Source: Dicyema japonicum (Eukaryota > Animalia > Dicyemida). Taken from it: 64,000 nt of DNA. Where the stretch lies: NCBI GenBank assembly GCA_011109175.1, contig RDEW01000003.1, positions 1,627,546-1,691,545 of the forward strand, read 5' to 3'. Every line of letters begins with the position of its first letter. Position 1 is the stretch's first letter. Below, piece after piece: positions 49,242 through 62,944 of the stretch. Below the pieces are notes generated by a model. It had not been told where the DNA came from, ran no database searches, and saw only the letters and a list, made by a program, of their open reading frames with translations. The translations under genes and the position numbers were made by a program.

Positions 49242-50735
49242 ATGGAAGGAGCACAGTTGGAGAGTTTCAAATATTCTAATCAAACGAATTGTGATTACAT
49301 TGCCCGGAATAAATCCTCGATTTCCCTTTTCAAGGTATCTTTATGTTTAAATTTAGAAAACCATTAGTCGAGGACAACACGGGTTTGGATTCTCAGTAAC
49401 TTTAAATAAACCAATAATGGTCTGTCTTGTGTTTGCAACGTCTCCCGCAGCCAATGCTGGGCTAAAAATCGGGGACTTGATCTTTAAGATAAATGGAAAA
49501 AGCACATCAGAGTACGAGATGCATGAAATCGTCAAAATTATACTGTAAAGTATTTTTATATTCCAGAAATCAGCAGGATTCACTCGAAATTTTGTTTGGA
49601 AGGAATTTGAAGGGATCATTCGAAAAACGGGAAAAAAACACCGACGGAAAAACCAGAGAAAATTAACGGAAAACACATCTTAAAGAGAACAAAGAAGTTA
49701 AAACTAAACAAACCTAAAAATAAAAATTTCCCGAAAAGCAACTTATCGGAGATGAAATTGGGGAACCACAAGTACTCAATAATATCACTGGTGGAATCTA
49801 CAAATGAAAACAAAATATTGAGATGGTTCGACACATTTCCGATCGACGACCAATCCAACGGTTCATGGGCCCGTGTTGAAGAACAGATCTCCCATTCCAG
49901 CATATCATTCGACCTCAGTGTTGACGAGAATAGTAAAAACCGTTCAGAATACCAATTTGGGGAGAGAATGTCCAAAGTTCCGTGCCAAGCCGATTACTTG
50001 GTCACAAATACTATTTTAAGTAACGAAAAAAGCTTAAGACCCTCAAAAGTTGAAGAGTTCGACGACGACTTTATTATGCTCAATATGGAAACAAGGAACG
50101 AAGACATCCTGAACCAAATGCTGATAAGACTTGTCAAGGATGAAGAAATTTTTTTGAACATTTTCGTGGACAATTTGCTGATTGGAGACGAAATTATTCG
50201 CATCTCCCTAAAGAAAAAAATAATATCCTTCGACTTTTTCGAGAGCTACACTAAGGTTTTTGATTCAGTAAAATTAGCTATTTTTGTTGATCCAGGAAAG
50301 ACAGTTCTGCATGGTTCAGGCAGATTTCAGGGATCCCCCATTTAGGAATTTTGAAATAATCCAGTTGGCCTTTCAGAGACAGGTGATAATGAAATAGTTA
50401 ATTTATTCCAGCTGTCTAGTCTAAAAAGCTATTACGGGAAGTATTCTATTCACTTAGTTGGGCTATTCAAAGAAATCGAAGAAAACACTCTAAAAATAAA
50501 TCCACTTAAACTCGATAAATTCAAAGAATCGATAAGAGTTCCATTTTCGGTCAGACAGTTTTCATAATTGATAGAACTTGCTGCAGACTTTGAAAAACCT
50601 TAAAGAAATAAATCTCTTTGTCGGGGCCATTCCTGAAAACGAGGAACCCAGACTCACCTTCGTGGACCTTTCAACTGGTTTTCTTCTATTGAAATGTTCT
50701 AGAGTTGGAAAACTTAATTACCAAAAGGAATAAAT
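49242..50735 (+). CDS. PDZ-domain protein with a downstream DH (RhoGEF)-like helical region
   Basis: ISRGQHGFGFSV...SPAANAGLKIGDLIFKING (PDZ); 22-nt introns; RLVKDEEIFL resembles DH helix 1; ends approximate. Confidence 0.55.
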
Positions 50736-51599
50736 TGTTCAATTTATTAAAATAATTATTAAATCACATTAACTTAATGAATTGTTCAATTAAAATAATT
50801 ATTAAATCACATTAACACTTATCATTTATGAATAATTAATGATTAAAGAAAAACCCATTTCTTTATTATGACTATTAGCACGTGACTGCGTCCCGTTAAA
50901 ATGGTCATAAAATTAAGTCATTATCACCAATGCTAATGGACTCAAATATAGTATTTTGCCCTTATGCATCCCAAATTGTTTGAAAAAGGTTAGCAGAGTG
51001 GTTAAATGGTTGGAGGTGGGACGTACCTAACTTCGCATCATGATGGATGAAAACCCATGTCTTCCTTCTCGTGAGCAAGAACGAGGTGATGGAATCAGCA
51101 GACGTCAGAAACCCAAAGTTCTGAACGAAGGGGAAGTGTCAAGTGCATGAAAGATCCGAGTTTAAACCCTTCTGACCAAAAATTGAAGGAACTTGGATCA
51201 TCCATCAGAAGCTGCATGTCTATGTTGCTAATAAAATTGAATTTTTCAAAGATTTTGATTGCTAGTTTTTCTTTTTTGTCTGGTTAGCCTCCTCTTAGGA
51301 GTTACCGTCAACTATTCCTTATCCCCTCTCTTCGCATTGTAATCAGTCATTTCTCCCCTTCCAGCAACCAATAGGATATTTCTTCAGTCGACAAAGAAGT
51401 GTACTGTCCATCTCTTTACTACACTTTTAAAATTTAACTATAAAAAAATTCTGGATTAATCTAAAAATTAAATAAAAATACACGATCTATAGAATCAAAG
51501 ACCTGGAACATCAACCAATCATTTTGATACTCCTTACTAAAAAATTGATTTATAAGGGGCTCTTCCTTACGCTTGTGCAAAGTTGGTTATCAGAAAATA

Positions 51600-52380
51600 A
51601 ATTGAACATATCCACATAAACTCAGACATTATTTCAATAATTACAACAGACTACCGCTCAGAGGAAGGCATAGAATTACTCTCCCTGTGCCTCTAAGTAA
51701 GGATCTTAATGGGAATGGAAAAAAAACTTTTACGTAGGGAGGACCTAGAAGACACACGAGCAGATGCAAACAACAGGGACTGATGGAGACGTCTAGTGAA
51801 GAAAATTTTAAAACACGTGGCAAAAACGAGATTTTAGTTAACATAATATTCTTAGTTTCTGTGAAAATGCTTTTAATAATGTCCACATAATCAGAGAGTA
51901 TGATATTTCCCTATTTGATTACAAGTTTATATAAAGTAAGCATGTCACCATGTGGGTCTCAGCACCTACCTATACAAGACCGGTAAGGCAAACTCGCCAT
52001 TCTGTCCTTCATGTAACCTTGATGACCATAACCCCTGATTTATTCATAGTAGGTTTTTATCCTGTTTCCTAGGTCGGAGTGGGACGTATCCTTATGGGGA
52101 CCCCTCCGTTGAATTCTTTTATGATGCAGATCAGTCATTGGACGTCTCCTGAATTAAGAGGATCCAATAACGCCACTATAAATTGGAGGAGACAAAGAGT
52201 AGAAAGAAAATCCTTCAACCAAGAAGAAAGTGGTGTGAGAATCAAACATACAGCTAAATGCGAAGCGATCGACAGAAGGTTTAAAAATACTGCATGGTAA
52301 TTCTCTGTACACGTGGTACACCACAAATATACGTGAGGCATGAAATAAGCCTCAAAAGAAAAAATAAAGTATACGAGTCA
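51600..52380 (+). mobile_element. degenerate non-LTR (Vingi-like) fragment, related to ~54300-54620
   Basis: Shared GAAAAATCCTTCAACCAAG...AGTGGTGT; APE-RT linker-like translation. Confidence 0.4.
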
Positions 52381-52426
52381 AGAATAGCATCTCTTTGCAG
52401 GAAGTTTGACATCCTTTACTCTTTTG

Positions 52427-52684
52427 AAATTCAAATTCAGACCTTCTGTGGGATATCGAACTGTGGTTAGGCCTTTTTCAAATCTCGATTTTTACGGTGG
52501 AAACTGTGTTTAACTTCATGTCCTGCGGAAGTTACATAATTATATTTGCAATACTATTTTTGATAAGATTTTGTTTGAGTAGTTAAATGCTTACTCAGGG
52601 ACATTTTTGAGCTACATTCAGATATAAATTTGACCATCTTTGAACTTCAATGAACTAGGTGGACTAAGGTTCATTATGCCTTAA
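52427..52684 (+). repeat. ~260-bp inverted repeat, left copy (right copy 54877-55140)
   Basis: Near-identical reverse complement; no TSD found. Confidence 0.9.
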
Positions 52685-52799
52685 AATAATTTTGTTTCAG
52701 ATATTTTTTATGGATGCGATTTATAATTGTTTCGGCTGAACTGAGAACCGTCACCTTTCACACTGCCTTACAACTTAAGTATTTAGAGTCTTCCTCAAA

Positions 52800-53460
52800 A
52801 ACTAAAAGTATTTCTTCCTTGAGAATAATCTTTCTTGTGATTAACTCCGGCTTCTCAACTTCCCGAATTACCTTCCAGATAGTGCTTGTTAGTATTTGAA
52901 AGTTGCACTTATCCTCATTCCTAGAATGGTCCCCAACCGAATTTCTTATTTATTCTTAATTTTTCGGATATTCATCCAATCCTTTGATTGATCTACGGAA
53001 ATGCATTTAACCAGACCAATTAAATCTTCCAATTCCTAAGTGAAGACTAATTTGATGAATTTGATATTATTAATAAGCAAAGCACATTGATATTTATTAT
53101 AAAGAAGGACATCAGGTGATCCAGGCCTCTCTTAGTAGTGACTTCATCTTTTTCTGGCGTTTCTCTCGGGAACCGACAACTTTTCTGTATGTCTATTTTT
53201 GGGCGATTTTCCACGTAGGATGAATGCGGATGAATTTGATACTTCATTTTATGATTGACACCGATTTCGAACGTCGTTGTAGATAAGAATTTATCTTGAT
53301 AGATGGTTACACTATTCCTCTAGATTGACTATCAAAAGTCTCACTATTAACTGATCCCAGTCTCCACGATGAGTTGTGCCAATTAGCACGGTAAGGCGAA
53401 GCGGATTTCCATCTTTTTCACGAACACAGAGAAACCCGGCTTAAATAAGAAGAATCTTCT
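52800..53460 (-). pseudogene. decayed partial duplicate of the intermediate filament gene (rod exons)
   Basis: Blocks match ~56290-56650 (e.g. ATGATTGACACCGATTTCGAACGTC, CCAATCCTTTGA, GTGAAGACTAATT); stops, indels and a ~160-bp insertion. Confidence 0.75.
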
Positions 53461-53779
53461 TTAAATTGGGAGGGGTATTCCCTCATGGTATCAGCATACA
53501 GAGGGTTTTTTGATTTAGCATGTTGAGTTTTTCGAGTCTCTTCCAAGAAAGAAGAAATCTCCACGTGGCTGAGGCATACTCCACAGATCGTTTGTTAATA
53601 AAGTCTTTAATAGATTTGCCCAAATAGAAAAGACTTATGTAAACTAACACATATAGTGTTCAATTTCTGGAATCCCTACGTGAAAGCTTTTTTCGTGTGA
53701 ATAGTTAAGCACATCAGCTATTCGTAGGTTACTTCAAGAATCGTGGAAGAGCGTGTGACATGTAATTGCGTAGATCCAA

Positions 53780-54250
53780 TCAAGATTTTGGGTTCCTTTT
53801 GCTCGCCATTTTGAGATAAATAAGATGCATGTTGACTAGGGAATGATGAAGATGGTTGGATACCAATCTCTCGTGCATTCTGTCCAGTTGGACCTTGGTA
53901 CCTGTGAGAGAAACAGATCGATTTCTATTCCTATAAAATAACAGAAGAGAATCATCACCATCGTTCATAAGTAAGTCGTGTGGGAACAGGGTAAAGGAGG
54001 ATGAGGAAGTGAAGAGTACTGGGGCACTCAGTTTGTTAGTAATTTGATCTTAATCTGAGTTCTGCGTATCAAACTCTTCCTAGTCGTCTTTAGAGAAACC
54101 CAAAGTTTCAGATTCGTATTGACGTTAGTGGAGTAGATTTTTACGATGAGATGATTTTTAGACACTGTGTTTAAGGTCTCGTTGAAATCAATAGAAACCG
54201 TCCCTGTCCCCATGTGGGAGAGCCGTTTTGAAATCATCTATAATAAAATG
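53780..54250 (-). mobile_element. Vingi-like RT remnant with deletions
   Basis: VSIDFNETLNTVSK...NLKLW; NDGDDSLLL (cf. family D NDGDEDSLLLSYADD). Confidence 0.6.
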
Positions 54251-54876
54251 TGATACGTTGCTATATAGATGTCGATTTTTCAGGACAAAATCAGTTGGGG
54301 AGTGACGGGGTAATTATCAAAAGTACTTTAGTGGGTGTGCAAATAGGCGAGATGGGACCGGTAGGAGGTGGGATCTTCCTTTAGCTTTCCAAGCTTCAGA
54401 ATGAAAATGATAATTGAGTTTTTCCAAACTTGGGGATGATGTTATAGGCAAAGAACAGAAAAAATCCTTCAACCAAGCAGTGGTGTAAAATTCCAAGCTG
54501 CAACTAAATGTTTCGTGAGAGACAGTAGACTCATCAGAACTGAATGGCAGATTTTCAATTGAGGCATACAATCGTATCGAAAGCAGAATAAAGAATTGGT
54601 GAACCGTCCATGTTGTTTTGAATCAACTAGAAGATTGGGGATTTATTTGAATAATGGGTTGAGATGGAAGTGAAGACAAATTATTGTAGGATCAATACAA
54701 CCGTGTGATAAGTTAATTGGTTGATTTATATTATGTGATTACATGGGTCGCCATTGTAGCTAACTTCCACAGACTGTTGGGAGTGGATATAAATATTTAC
54801 TATCATGTACAATCTGTACTAAAAAATCTTATAGGTTGACTCTTTAAACGCTTAGAGACCGAACCCTCCTGTACAG

Positions 54877-55140
54877 TTAAGGCATAATGAACCATAGTCC
54901 ACCTAGTTCATTGAAGTTCAAAGATGGTCAAATTTATATCTGAATGTAGCTCAAAAATGTCCCTGAGTAAGCATTTAACTACTCAAACAAAATCTTATCA
55001 AAAATAGTATCGCAAATATAATTATGTAACTTCCGCAGGACATGAAGTTGAGGTTTAAACACAGTTTCCACTGTAAAATCGAGATTTAAAGAAGGCCTAA
55101 CCACAGTTCGATATTCCACAGAAGGTCTGAATTTGAATTT
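54877..55140 (-). repeat. ~260-bp inverted repeat, right copy
   Basis: Reverse complement of 52427-52684. Confidence 0.9.
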
Positions 55141-55283
55141 AATAAATTTAAATTATTTTTAATCAAATTTTGAGGAATTTATGATTAATTTTATCTGCAG
55201 TGATAATTCAGGTATGCATTAAATATTAATAATCAATAATTCATTAAATGTTAGCACTAATTTAATCCGAGGACATTTACTAA

Positions 55284-57176
55284 TCAGACCTTGTAGACAG
55301 CTCTTTGAGTATAACTCGACTTTTCCTGAAATTTTAGTAAACCTATGACCTTTCCTTTCTTATTAAGTAGAGTTGTAACTACTCTTTCCCCTATCCCAAG
55401 ATATTTCTTATCCTCCCAAACTAAGTCGTTCGTTCCTCTCGGACCAGCGTCCTCCCCCCATATTTTCACTGTTTCTCCAGGACCCAAAAAATAACGGGGA
55501 AATGTAAAATCATATTCTTCCACTCCATCAATATTCTGGACGAGTCTCCAACCTCCAAGATTTTGTCCCTAAATGTGCGACAACTAATCAACATCATATT
55601 GGTCCATATTATCTATCAAAATGTAGGATCCGTCATCTTTACAGTCGGATATTGTGAGAGGTCCCTTTGAGCTTCTTTGGTAACTGACTTTCCTTTCAGG
55701 TCGACTCCTCCTCTTGGTTAATTCGGGGACTTTACTATAATACTAACAAATTAAACCAGGCACACTTGGCTGTTCATTCTGATCCTGGGTCACTTCTTCA
55801 TTTACTTTGTCTGTACCTTGAATCCCAATTCTTGGGGTGAGAACATGGGAAACCTCATTTCTTCAGATTCCAATAGCTTTTTGTAAGACATGATTTCCAT
55901 TTGAAGAGAAAAATTGTCACTCATGATTGCCTGGAAGTCTACCAGAGATTTGTCAAATTGATTTCTAATTTCACTCATTTCGGCTTCTTTCTCAGTCATC
56001 ATTTTTTCAAATTGAGTTTGAAGATCACTTATATTTTTACCAATTTCCTCGTTTTGTTGTTTCAGCATTGAATTCTAATATTTTAGACTAAATACCTGTC
56101 TTTCCAGTTCTGACATTTCCTGCTCAAGTTCAGAGTTAGAGTTCTCCAGCATAGAGTACTTATCTAAAGAACTTTGCAAATTCATTTCAGAACTCATGGA
56201 AGTTTGGAGGGCCGTAGCCTCGATCTCCTCAATCTGACCAAATTTATCACAAGGAGACCTTAGAAACGTAGTTAGAGTTAAGATCATTCCGAATAATCTC
56301 CAACCGATTTTCGTATTCATTCCGAATTTCCCTGATGCAGCTAGCAAATTGGTCATTCCACCAATCCTTTGACTGGTCTACGGGGTTGTATTCGGCCAGA
56401 TCGATCAGATTTTTCAATTCCTAGGTATGAACCCTTAGTGAAGACTAATTCGTGGACATCTTTGATGAAATCGATCTCTTCCTTCAATGATTGACACCGA
56501 TTTCGAACGTCATTGCAGAACAGGATTTCATTTGATAGATCCTTATAATGTAAATTCAAATTTTAACATTTTTGGCAGTTTCCAAGTCAGTTCGAAGCTT
56601 CAGGATGAAATCGGAATCCCTATCTTTTTCCTCACACAGAAATCCAAGCTTCTGCTGCAGTTGACTCAGTTTCGAGCTATATTTTGAGAGCAAGGCATCC
56701 AAATCTCTCATTTTAGCTGAGTGGAAGTTTTCCAATTCTTTATAGCTTTGAATTCTACAATAAATTGAAATCAAAAATCAACCTCGTTTCGAGATCATCC
56801 CACATTTCATTGTTGGTTTCATTAATCAACTTGCTTGGTTCTTTTCGCGTTCGACGTCGTCCAGAAGATTACGTAGCTGACCCAGTTCCGCTTCGTAAGT
56901 TTCTTTAACTAAACTTGTCTCATTTTTTATTCTATTTTTTATCTCTTCGAGTTCTTGGATAAGTTCTGTATTTTTGGCGGCATTATTTGTTGAAAGGGAA
57001 AGGTAGGTAGCCAACCGATTGTTCAAGTCTTGCATTTCTTCCTTTTCCTGTATTTTCTTGTCCTTGTAGAGGTTAAGGTCTGTAGGAACCAAACAGAGAC
57101 TCATCGAAGGCCCGTATGTGTATTCTCTTGTCTTGGTGGACTCGAAATTTGAGTAATAGACCTGTGTGTCATTCAT
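55284..57176 (-). CDS. intermediate filament protein with lamin tail domain, no CaaX (invertebrate cytoplasmic IF / nematocilin-like)
   Basis: Coil 1A EKEEMQDLNNRLATYL; coil 2 end LQMEIMSYKKLLESEE; LTD SYQRSSKGPLTIS...LGPGETVKIW...LVW; ends EKSSYTQRAVYKV*. Confidence 0.92.
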
Positions 57177-58289
57177 TTCTTAAATTAACCGCGATGATTC
57201 GAAAATCAAATTTATACTGCGCTAAACGTTATCAGAAATTCCTCGAGATAACTTCATTTTATCACTCAAATTATTACAGTCATTCGAAAATGCCTCATTC
57301 GTTCATGAGTTTCAGGAACCAAGTTTACTCTGGACTGGATTTGAGAATTTGGGGAAAATGTATTTCACAATTCATTAAACTTTTATGATTAATTAAAATT
57401 TAAGATTTAAAATTTCATACCACATTATTTCCTTTCCAAAATCGTCCAAAACGTTTATCGAAGTAGAAGAATTTAATTTACCATCAGACTTTATTTGAAT
57501 TTTAACTGTCGATACCAGTCCCAACTCATCCACACCTCTTCAAATGAGGTTTTGGGGGCTTCTTCGATACCTTAGTAAAATTTGTTAAATTTTAAGTATC
57601 TGTGAATTTTGTGTAATTTTAATTGATTTATTTTTTGAGTAAAAAGAATTCAAATTGAGTAATCGATTTGAATTTTTGGAGGTTCGAACGAGCAAAGTTG
57701 ACGTGAGATTACTAACTCCGACTATTTAAATATCTCACAATCCGAACTTCCTCGGGGAATTTGGAGTTAAATAGTTTAATGACTGTGTCTTGTTGATGTC
57801 TCAGCAACTCTGTAGTTATGAAATAAGGTTTCTACTTTTTCCTATCGGTAAGAATCCTTAGTATCACTGAAAGACATACCCTTCTCTTCCAAATTTGTGT
57901 AAACTCTCTTCCTTAACATTTTTCCCTTTATAAATTCGACCGTAAGGTGGGATTTGAACCCGAAATCGCCCTGCTTCATTACCTCTTCAATTAATTCACG
58001 AAAAGTCGAAGGGATAAAGATAATGAAGATATGGAATTATCATCATGGTGGATTGATTATTCAGCGGTTTTGTTTATTGTGCAAAACTCACAAATTGATG
58101 GATTCAAATCCATGAACAAAAAAGCAAAAGATCTCAATATCCCCTGAGGAACATGAGAAACTACGGCTGATTAGTTGAATTTGACAAATCAAGTAGAAAG
58201 AAAAGTTTTTAGATGGGAATTATAAGCATTTTATTCTCTGAATCAATGTTATCAGTGTTTATTATCATTAGAAACATTATTAATTAACT

Positions 58290-59420
58290 AGACATGCGGC
58301 TTCACACAATCTATTTCCAAGTTCCTTTTCACGGTTGGTGTATGACTATAATGAGATTTGGCTAGGAAATGGTATGACTCCACTCCATAATAGCTAAGAC
58401 TTATGGGTGATCCAAAAGTCCAAGTTTGTTTGCAAATTGAATTATCACGAGTGAATCTGAGAGAGCGGATAGGTTCTTCCAAGAGTAGTTTCGGAAAGGT
58501 TTATATGCAAGGAGGGCAGTCAAGAATCTTATTGTGCTCAAAAGCACAAACCACAAGTACCGATATGATTATAGATAGCTTTCGATGTGTGATTATAAAC
58601 AATAACATGTGTTTCTTTGGATTGGCTAAGAAATGACCCAAATTATAGTTTTTTAATTTGCATCTGGTTTTAACCACAACTTTATCCACATGAAAAAAAG
58701 GAAAGATATTAAACATAACTTTAGTGAGATGTCAATTGAACAAATCCAGAGCTCATCGTTCGGTAGGTAGCAAGGTGAGATTCTCATGGTTTCCAGGGAA
58801 GCAATGAAGTAAACCAAAATAGGGGAGGCAATTTTACAAGGGAAGGTTTGTGGTTGTTGAACTCGACATCAATGAAATTAAAAAGTAAGAGGTGGGTGAG
58901 TGATGGGGAGAAAAGTCATGTTGTGAATTTCCAGATTGTGGTATGGGTAAATTTGGGTGAGGAAAAAAAGTTCCAGAATTTCGGAGAAAGTACAATGGGA
59001 AAAATTCGACGGAAAGATACGGGATCACAATGTAGTTACTTCGTTTAAGGATAAGAATAATGATTGACCGCTTCCATATCATATGGATCACGACAGTGTT
59101 ATGAAATACATTAAAAATCTTCAAAAGGGAACTCTATTGATTAAGATTTTTCCGCATTGGCACCATTTCCCCAAATGGATTTCCTGGCTTTTACAAAAAC
59201 TTACCCTTTAATCGCACGTTTTTTAATAACCGGGGAGGGTTTATTCAGTTTTCCCGGTCGGAGTTGGACATATCACGTCCATTCATACCCGACATTGTGA
59301 AAGAAAGAGAGAACCTTTTAAGTTGTCGTTCGAACACTGGGTGTCTTATAATTTAAGCGTATCCGATGAAACTTCTTAGGATTTGATGAAAGCACAAAAC
59401 AGAACAAAATCATTTGACCA
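58290..59420 (-). mobile_element. highly degenerate Vingi-like LINE
   Basis: PIPQS..SQHDFSPHHSPTS resembles the RT FQHGF..RST block; many stops. Confidence 0.45.
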
Positions 59421-59606
59421 GGTAGTTAGCGGCATGCGAATCAAACCTTCAGCCAATAGTAACTTGAGACACAGAAACTGATCTTCAATACCTGTTCAAC
59501 TATACTGAGTAACCTATATAAAATCGGATCAATAAAAAATATAGTTATATCAAATTTAATTTATAATTAATATTTCAAATAATAAAAATTATTATAATAC
59601 ATCATC

Positions 59607-61009
59607 ATGGCTACCCTTGTAGCTCCTGCTAATCAATATGTTATTTCAACTAAAATACAAGCACTTTATGATACTGGTAGTTGCATAATTGTTAATTCAT
59701 CAGTATTTTCTCAGGAATATGATCTTTATAAAAAGGAGCAAGCAGTTTTAGAAGTTGGTGATCTCCTATCAAAAAACAAGCTTTACATAGGTTCCTTATT
59801 ATAGTTAGCCAAACAGAACTCGGGTGTTTCATAAAAAGATTGCAACCATTTTTGGAGGAACTGAGCAAAATAAAGGCTGCCAAACTAGTGAAGGCTTTAA
59901 TTGATGCCTTCTTGAACTCTTCTGCCCTACTGGAAGACCAAGCAGCCCTATGCAACGATTGTATAAAATGGGCGGAAGGGAATGGTCACACATACCTTAG
60001 ACAGTCCCTCGAATCTCGCCTTATTAACATTCTTTACACAAGAAAGGACTACAGGGCCGCCTTGGAAATATGTATTTGTACTTTCTGACTTAAGCAACAA
60101 AACTACTGTACGAGCTTAAGAAAATAGACGACAAGGATCTTTTGGTTTATGTTCATCTGCAGGAGAGCAAGATTTACTACGACCTTGGGAATATTGTTCG
60201 TTCTAGGTCATCCTTGATCGCTGCCAAGACGACTGCTAATGGAATTTACTGTCCTCCAAATATGCAAGGCCATTTGGAACTGCAATCCGGTTGGATTTGT
60301 AATCATTTAAGGGATAATTCATTCCGTGGACGAGCAGGACTTCAAATTGGCATTTTCATACTTTTACGAGGCTTTCGACAATTTTGACAGAGTTGGGCAT
60401 CCAATGGCTATGACTTCGCTAAAGTACATGATCATGGCAAAGATTATGCTACTAATGTTGTGCTTTTATTTGTATTCTAGTCCTGAGGAGATCCCCCGAA
60501 TAATGACAGATAAGATTACAGCCAATTATTCCGGTCGAGAGGTTGAGATGATGCTCAAATTTGGAAATGCTGTCAAGAACAAATCACTTTCTGAGTTTAA
60601 TAATGTGAGTCCTAAAGATCTTATTTCAGGTTGCTTTGGAGTATAAAGATATGTTGGAATTGGATCCCATACTATTCAAACATTTACAAGACTTGAAAGA
60701 GACATTATTTGAGCAGAATCTCTTGAGGATTATCGAACCGTTCTCTAGTGTTCAAATATCTCATATTTCTCGTTTGATAAATTTACCGATGGTTATCAAT
60801 GTAGTCAATTGTAGGAGCTTGTTGAGATTAAATTGTCTCAGATGGTGTTGGATGGGATGATTAAGGGAATACTTGATCAGAATAATAATTCACTGATAAT
60901 AAACACAAACTGTGAGACTGATTACTTGTACGAATCCGCCTATGAGATGTTGGAATGGACTGAAAATATTATTAACAGACTTTTCATTAGAGCACAGAAG
61001 CTTAAATAA
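59607..61009 (+). CDS. PSMD11: 26S proteasome lid subunit RPN6
   Basis: SKIKAAKLVKALID, TYLRQSLESRL, ELKKIDDK, TTANGIYCPP, AFSYFYEAFD, LKYMIMAKIM, LFEQNLLRIIEPFS, KLSQMVLD. Confidence 0.97.
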
Positions 61010-61269
61010 CTTACTTTATGGGTTTCAACCTCTGTTTCATTTTACTGATTTAGTACTTTATTTTTGAAAAATTATAACTGAACACTTTTAGGTGTCGTGC
61101 ACAATGGGAGAATCTATCAAGTAGCTAGTAAAGGTTATCACAATACTTGAGACCTTTCCCATCCATTTGGGTTTCTGAAGTCGAGCGTAGGTAGTTTTCA
61201 AAGTCCACTCAGACTGATATTATATTGACGAAGAAATTGAACATTACAACTCACAATTATTAATTTTTC

Positions 61270-62570
61270 AGTATTGTTTGCAATGCACGTGTTTCGGGGA
61301 CTTTAAAGTGCAAATCGTTAACAAAGACATTGCATTAATGAAAAACCAAAGTGTAACTAATCACCTCCTTCTTATTGTATCTGGGACCTCCACTTCTACT
61401 TTTGATTCATCAGCATCTTCGTCCTCAGCAATGGTATTTCTCTACAAATTAATCACAAGCATTCAGACAATTGAAAGCAATCTCCAAATAACAAGAAATA
61501 CCAATATGAGTATTGGCAATGATATGAAAAAAATATACTTGGCCAACCTGAATCTATTTGTGTAACTTAAACGGACAAAAAAGTCATAAATCTAAAAATA
61601 TGAGGCAAATTCCATACACTCTCATGCTTAAACATCTGGATCTGATTCGTCCAATTAACAAGGGCCCTCCGATTGTCAGTGAGGAAGATGTTGTCCAATT
61701 TTAGCGGATCTGCCGAGTCTACGAGGTTAGGAGTCTCTATTAGGATATCAGTCTTAAATGTCAGTAATTCACTTAACAATGGTCGATAAGCCGTTCAGGA
61801 CAGATTGAGTCTTAGTCAATTCGAGGACAGTGCTGTTTAGAACAGACTTGGAATCAACCCAGATCACATAATATCGAGAATGAATCTCAACTGAGATTCT
61901 TTTGGGGTACATCCTAACCAAATCGACGGATATTTCTCTGAACCCAATCATCTACGTTAAAATAAAGTAAATTTGGCAACTTGTTCAATGCAGTCCACAC
62001 TATTTCCATAACACTTGTAAATACCCAGTCCAACCGTCATGGGAGCGTTGATCTTTCCGGATCCGAATCCCAAAGTCAAGGTTATCACTGGAAACATATT
62101 ATTGCCTTTGGAATTTATCAATTTTATGGCAAATGGACTGTTTTGGTCCTCATTATATGGAAATTCGACTTCGAACCTTAAAGGTAATCCTGGGCATCAA
62201 ACTGGAAGTAAAGATGATTTTTGAACAGAAAATCACTTTTCATTGCACGTGTTATTTGCTGCTTCTGAGAAAATGGCTTAATTTACATAAAATTAAGACT
62301 TTGACTGTGAGAGCTACATTTTCATCTGTTTTTTCGATCAAAAACACTAAAATAATTAAAATAAAACGATCAGATTTTTTGTAGGACTTGTAATGTTTCC
62401 AGCTAGGCATGAAAGATGACTTATACCTGGAAGAAGCCAAATCTGAGTAACTAAATGACTCCGCCAGATAGTAGCGTCCGTATCCCTGAGGTTCCCATTG
62501 CTATTTTCAGGGTCATAATGTTTACAGAATTTATCAAAAAAGCGTTGATAGTTACTAATAATAGCCAAGC
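61270..62570 (-). CDS. putative multi-exon orphan, likely membrane protein
   Basis: Consecutive minus-strand exon-like ORFs; hydrophobic YIFFISLPILILVFLVIWRLL; family not recognised. Confidence 0.4.
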
Positions 62571-62944
62571 CATTAACGAATTTCTATAGTTTGATCAGAT
62601 AATTTAAATTTCTAATAAAATAAATAAATTCAATTATTTAAAGTAACTTTAAATATATAGTTAATTTTTAAGTCATATCTGAAATCATTTTATTTAAAAA
62701 TTTGGGACCGACTCGTATTGGGTGGACAAATTTTTTGAATTAAAGATATTAAAGCAAGTCATCCGGAAAAAATAGAAGAGGTTAGCAACTTGATAAACTT
62801 TCACGCTTTTGGAAGCCACAGGAATTTCTCAAGACCTCATTTGTATTGTCTACCAAATATCAAGTCTGAACGTGTAACTCAGATTTTGATGGGGGTCTTG
62901 AATTTTGTTAAACACTGCTGTCACCTCAAATGAAAAACCATATA

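Noticed and set aside
50740-50830. Tandem ~40-bp AT-rich duplication as a regulatory element
   Set aside because: Consistent with slippage or an assembly artefact; no further evidence.
52427-55140. Pack-MULE
   Set aside because: No 8-11-bp TSD, and the repeats look like internal coding fragments of another element rather than TIRs.
57935-57985. tRNA gene candidates from B-box motifs (57945, 43315, 27625, 36790, 29780)
   Set aside because: No complete cloverleaf could be drawn; several lie in a repeated SINE body.
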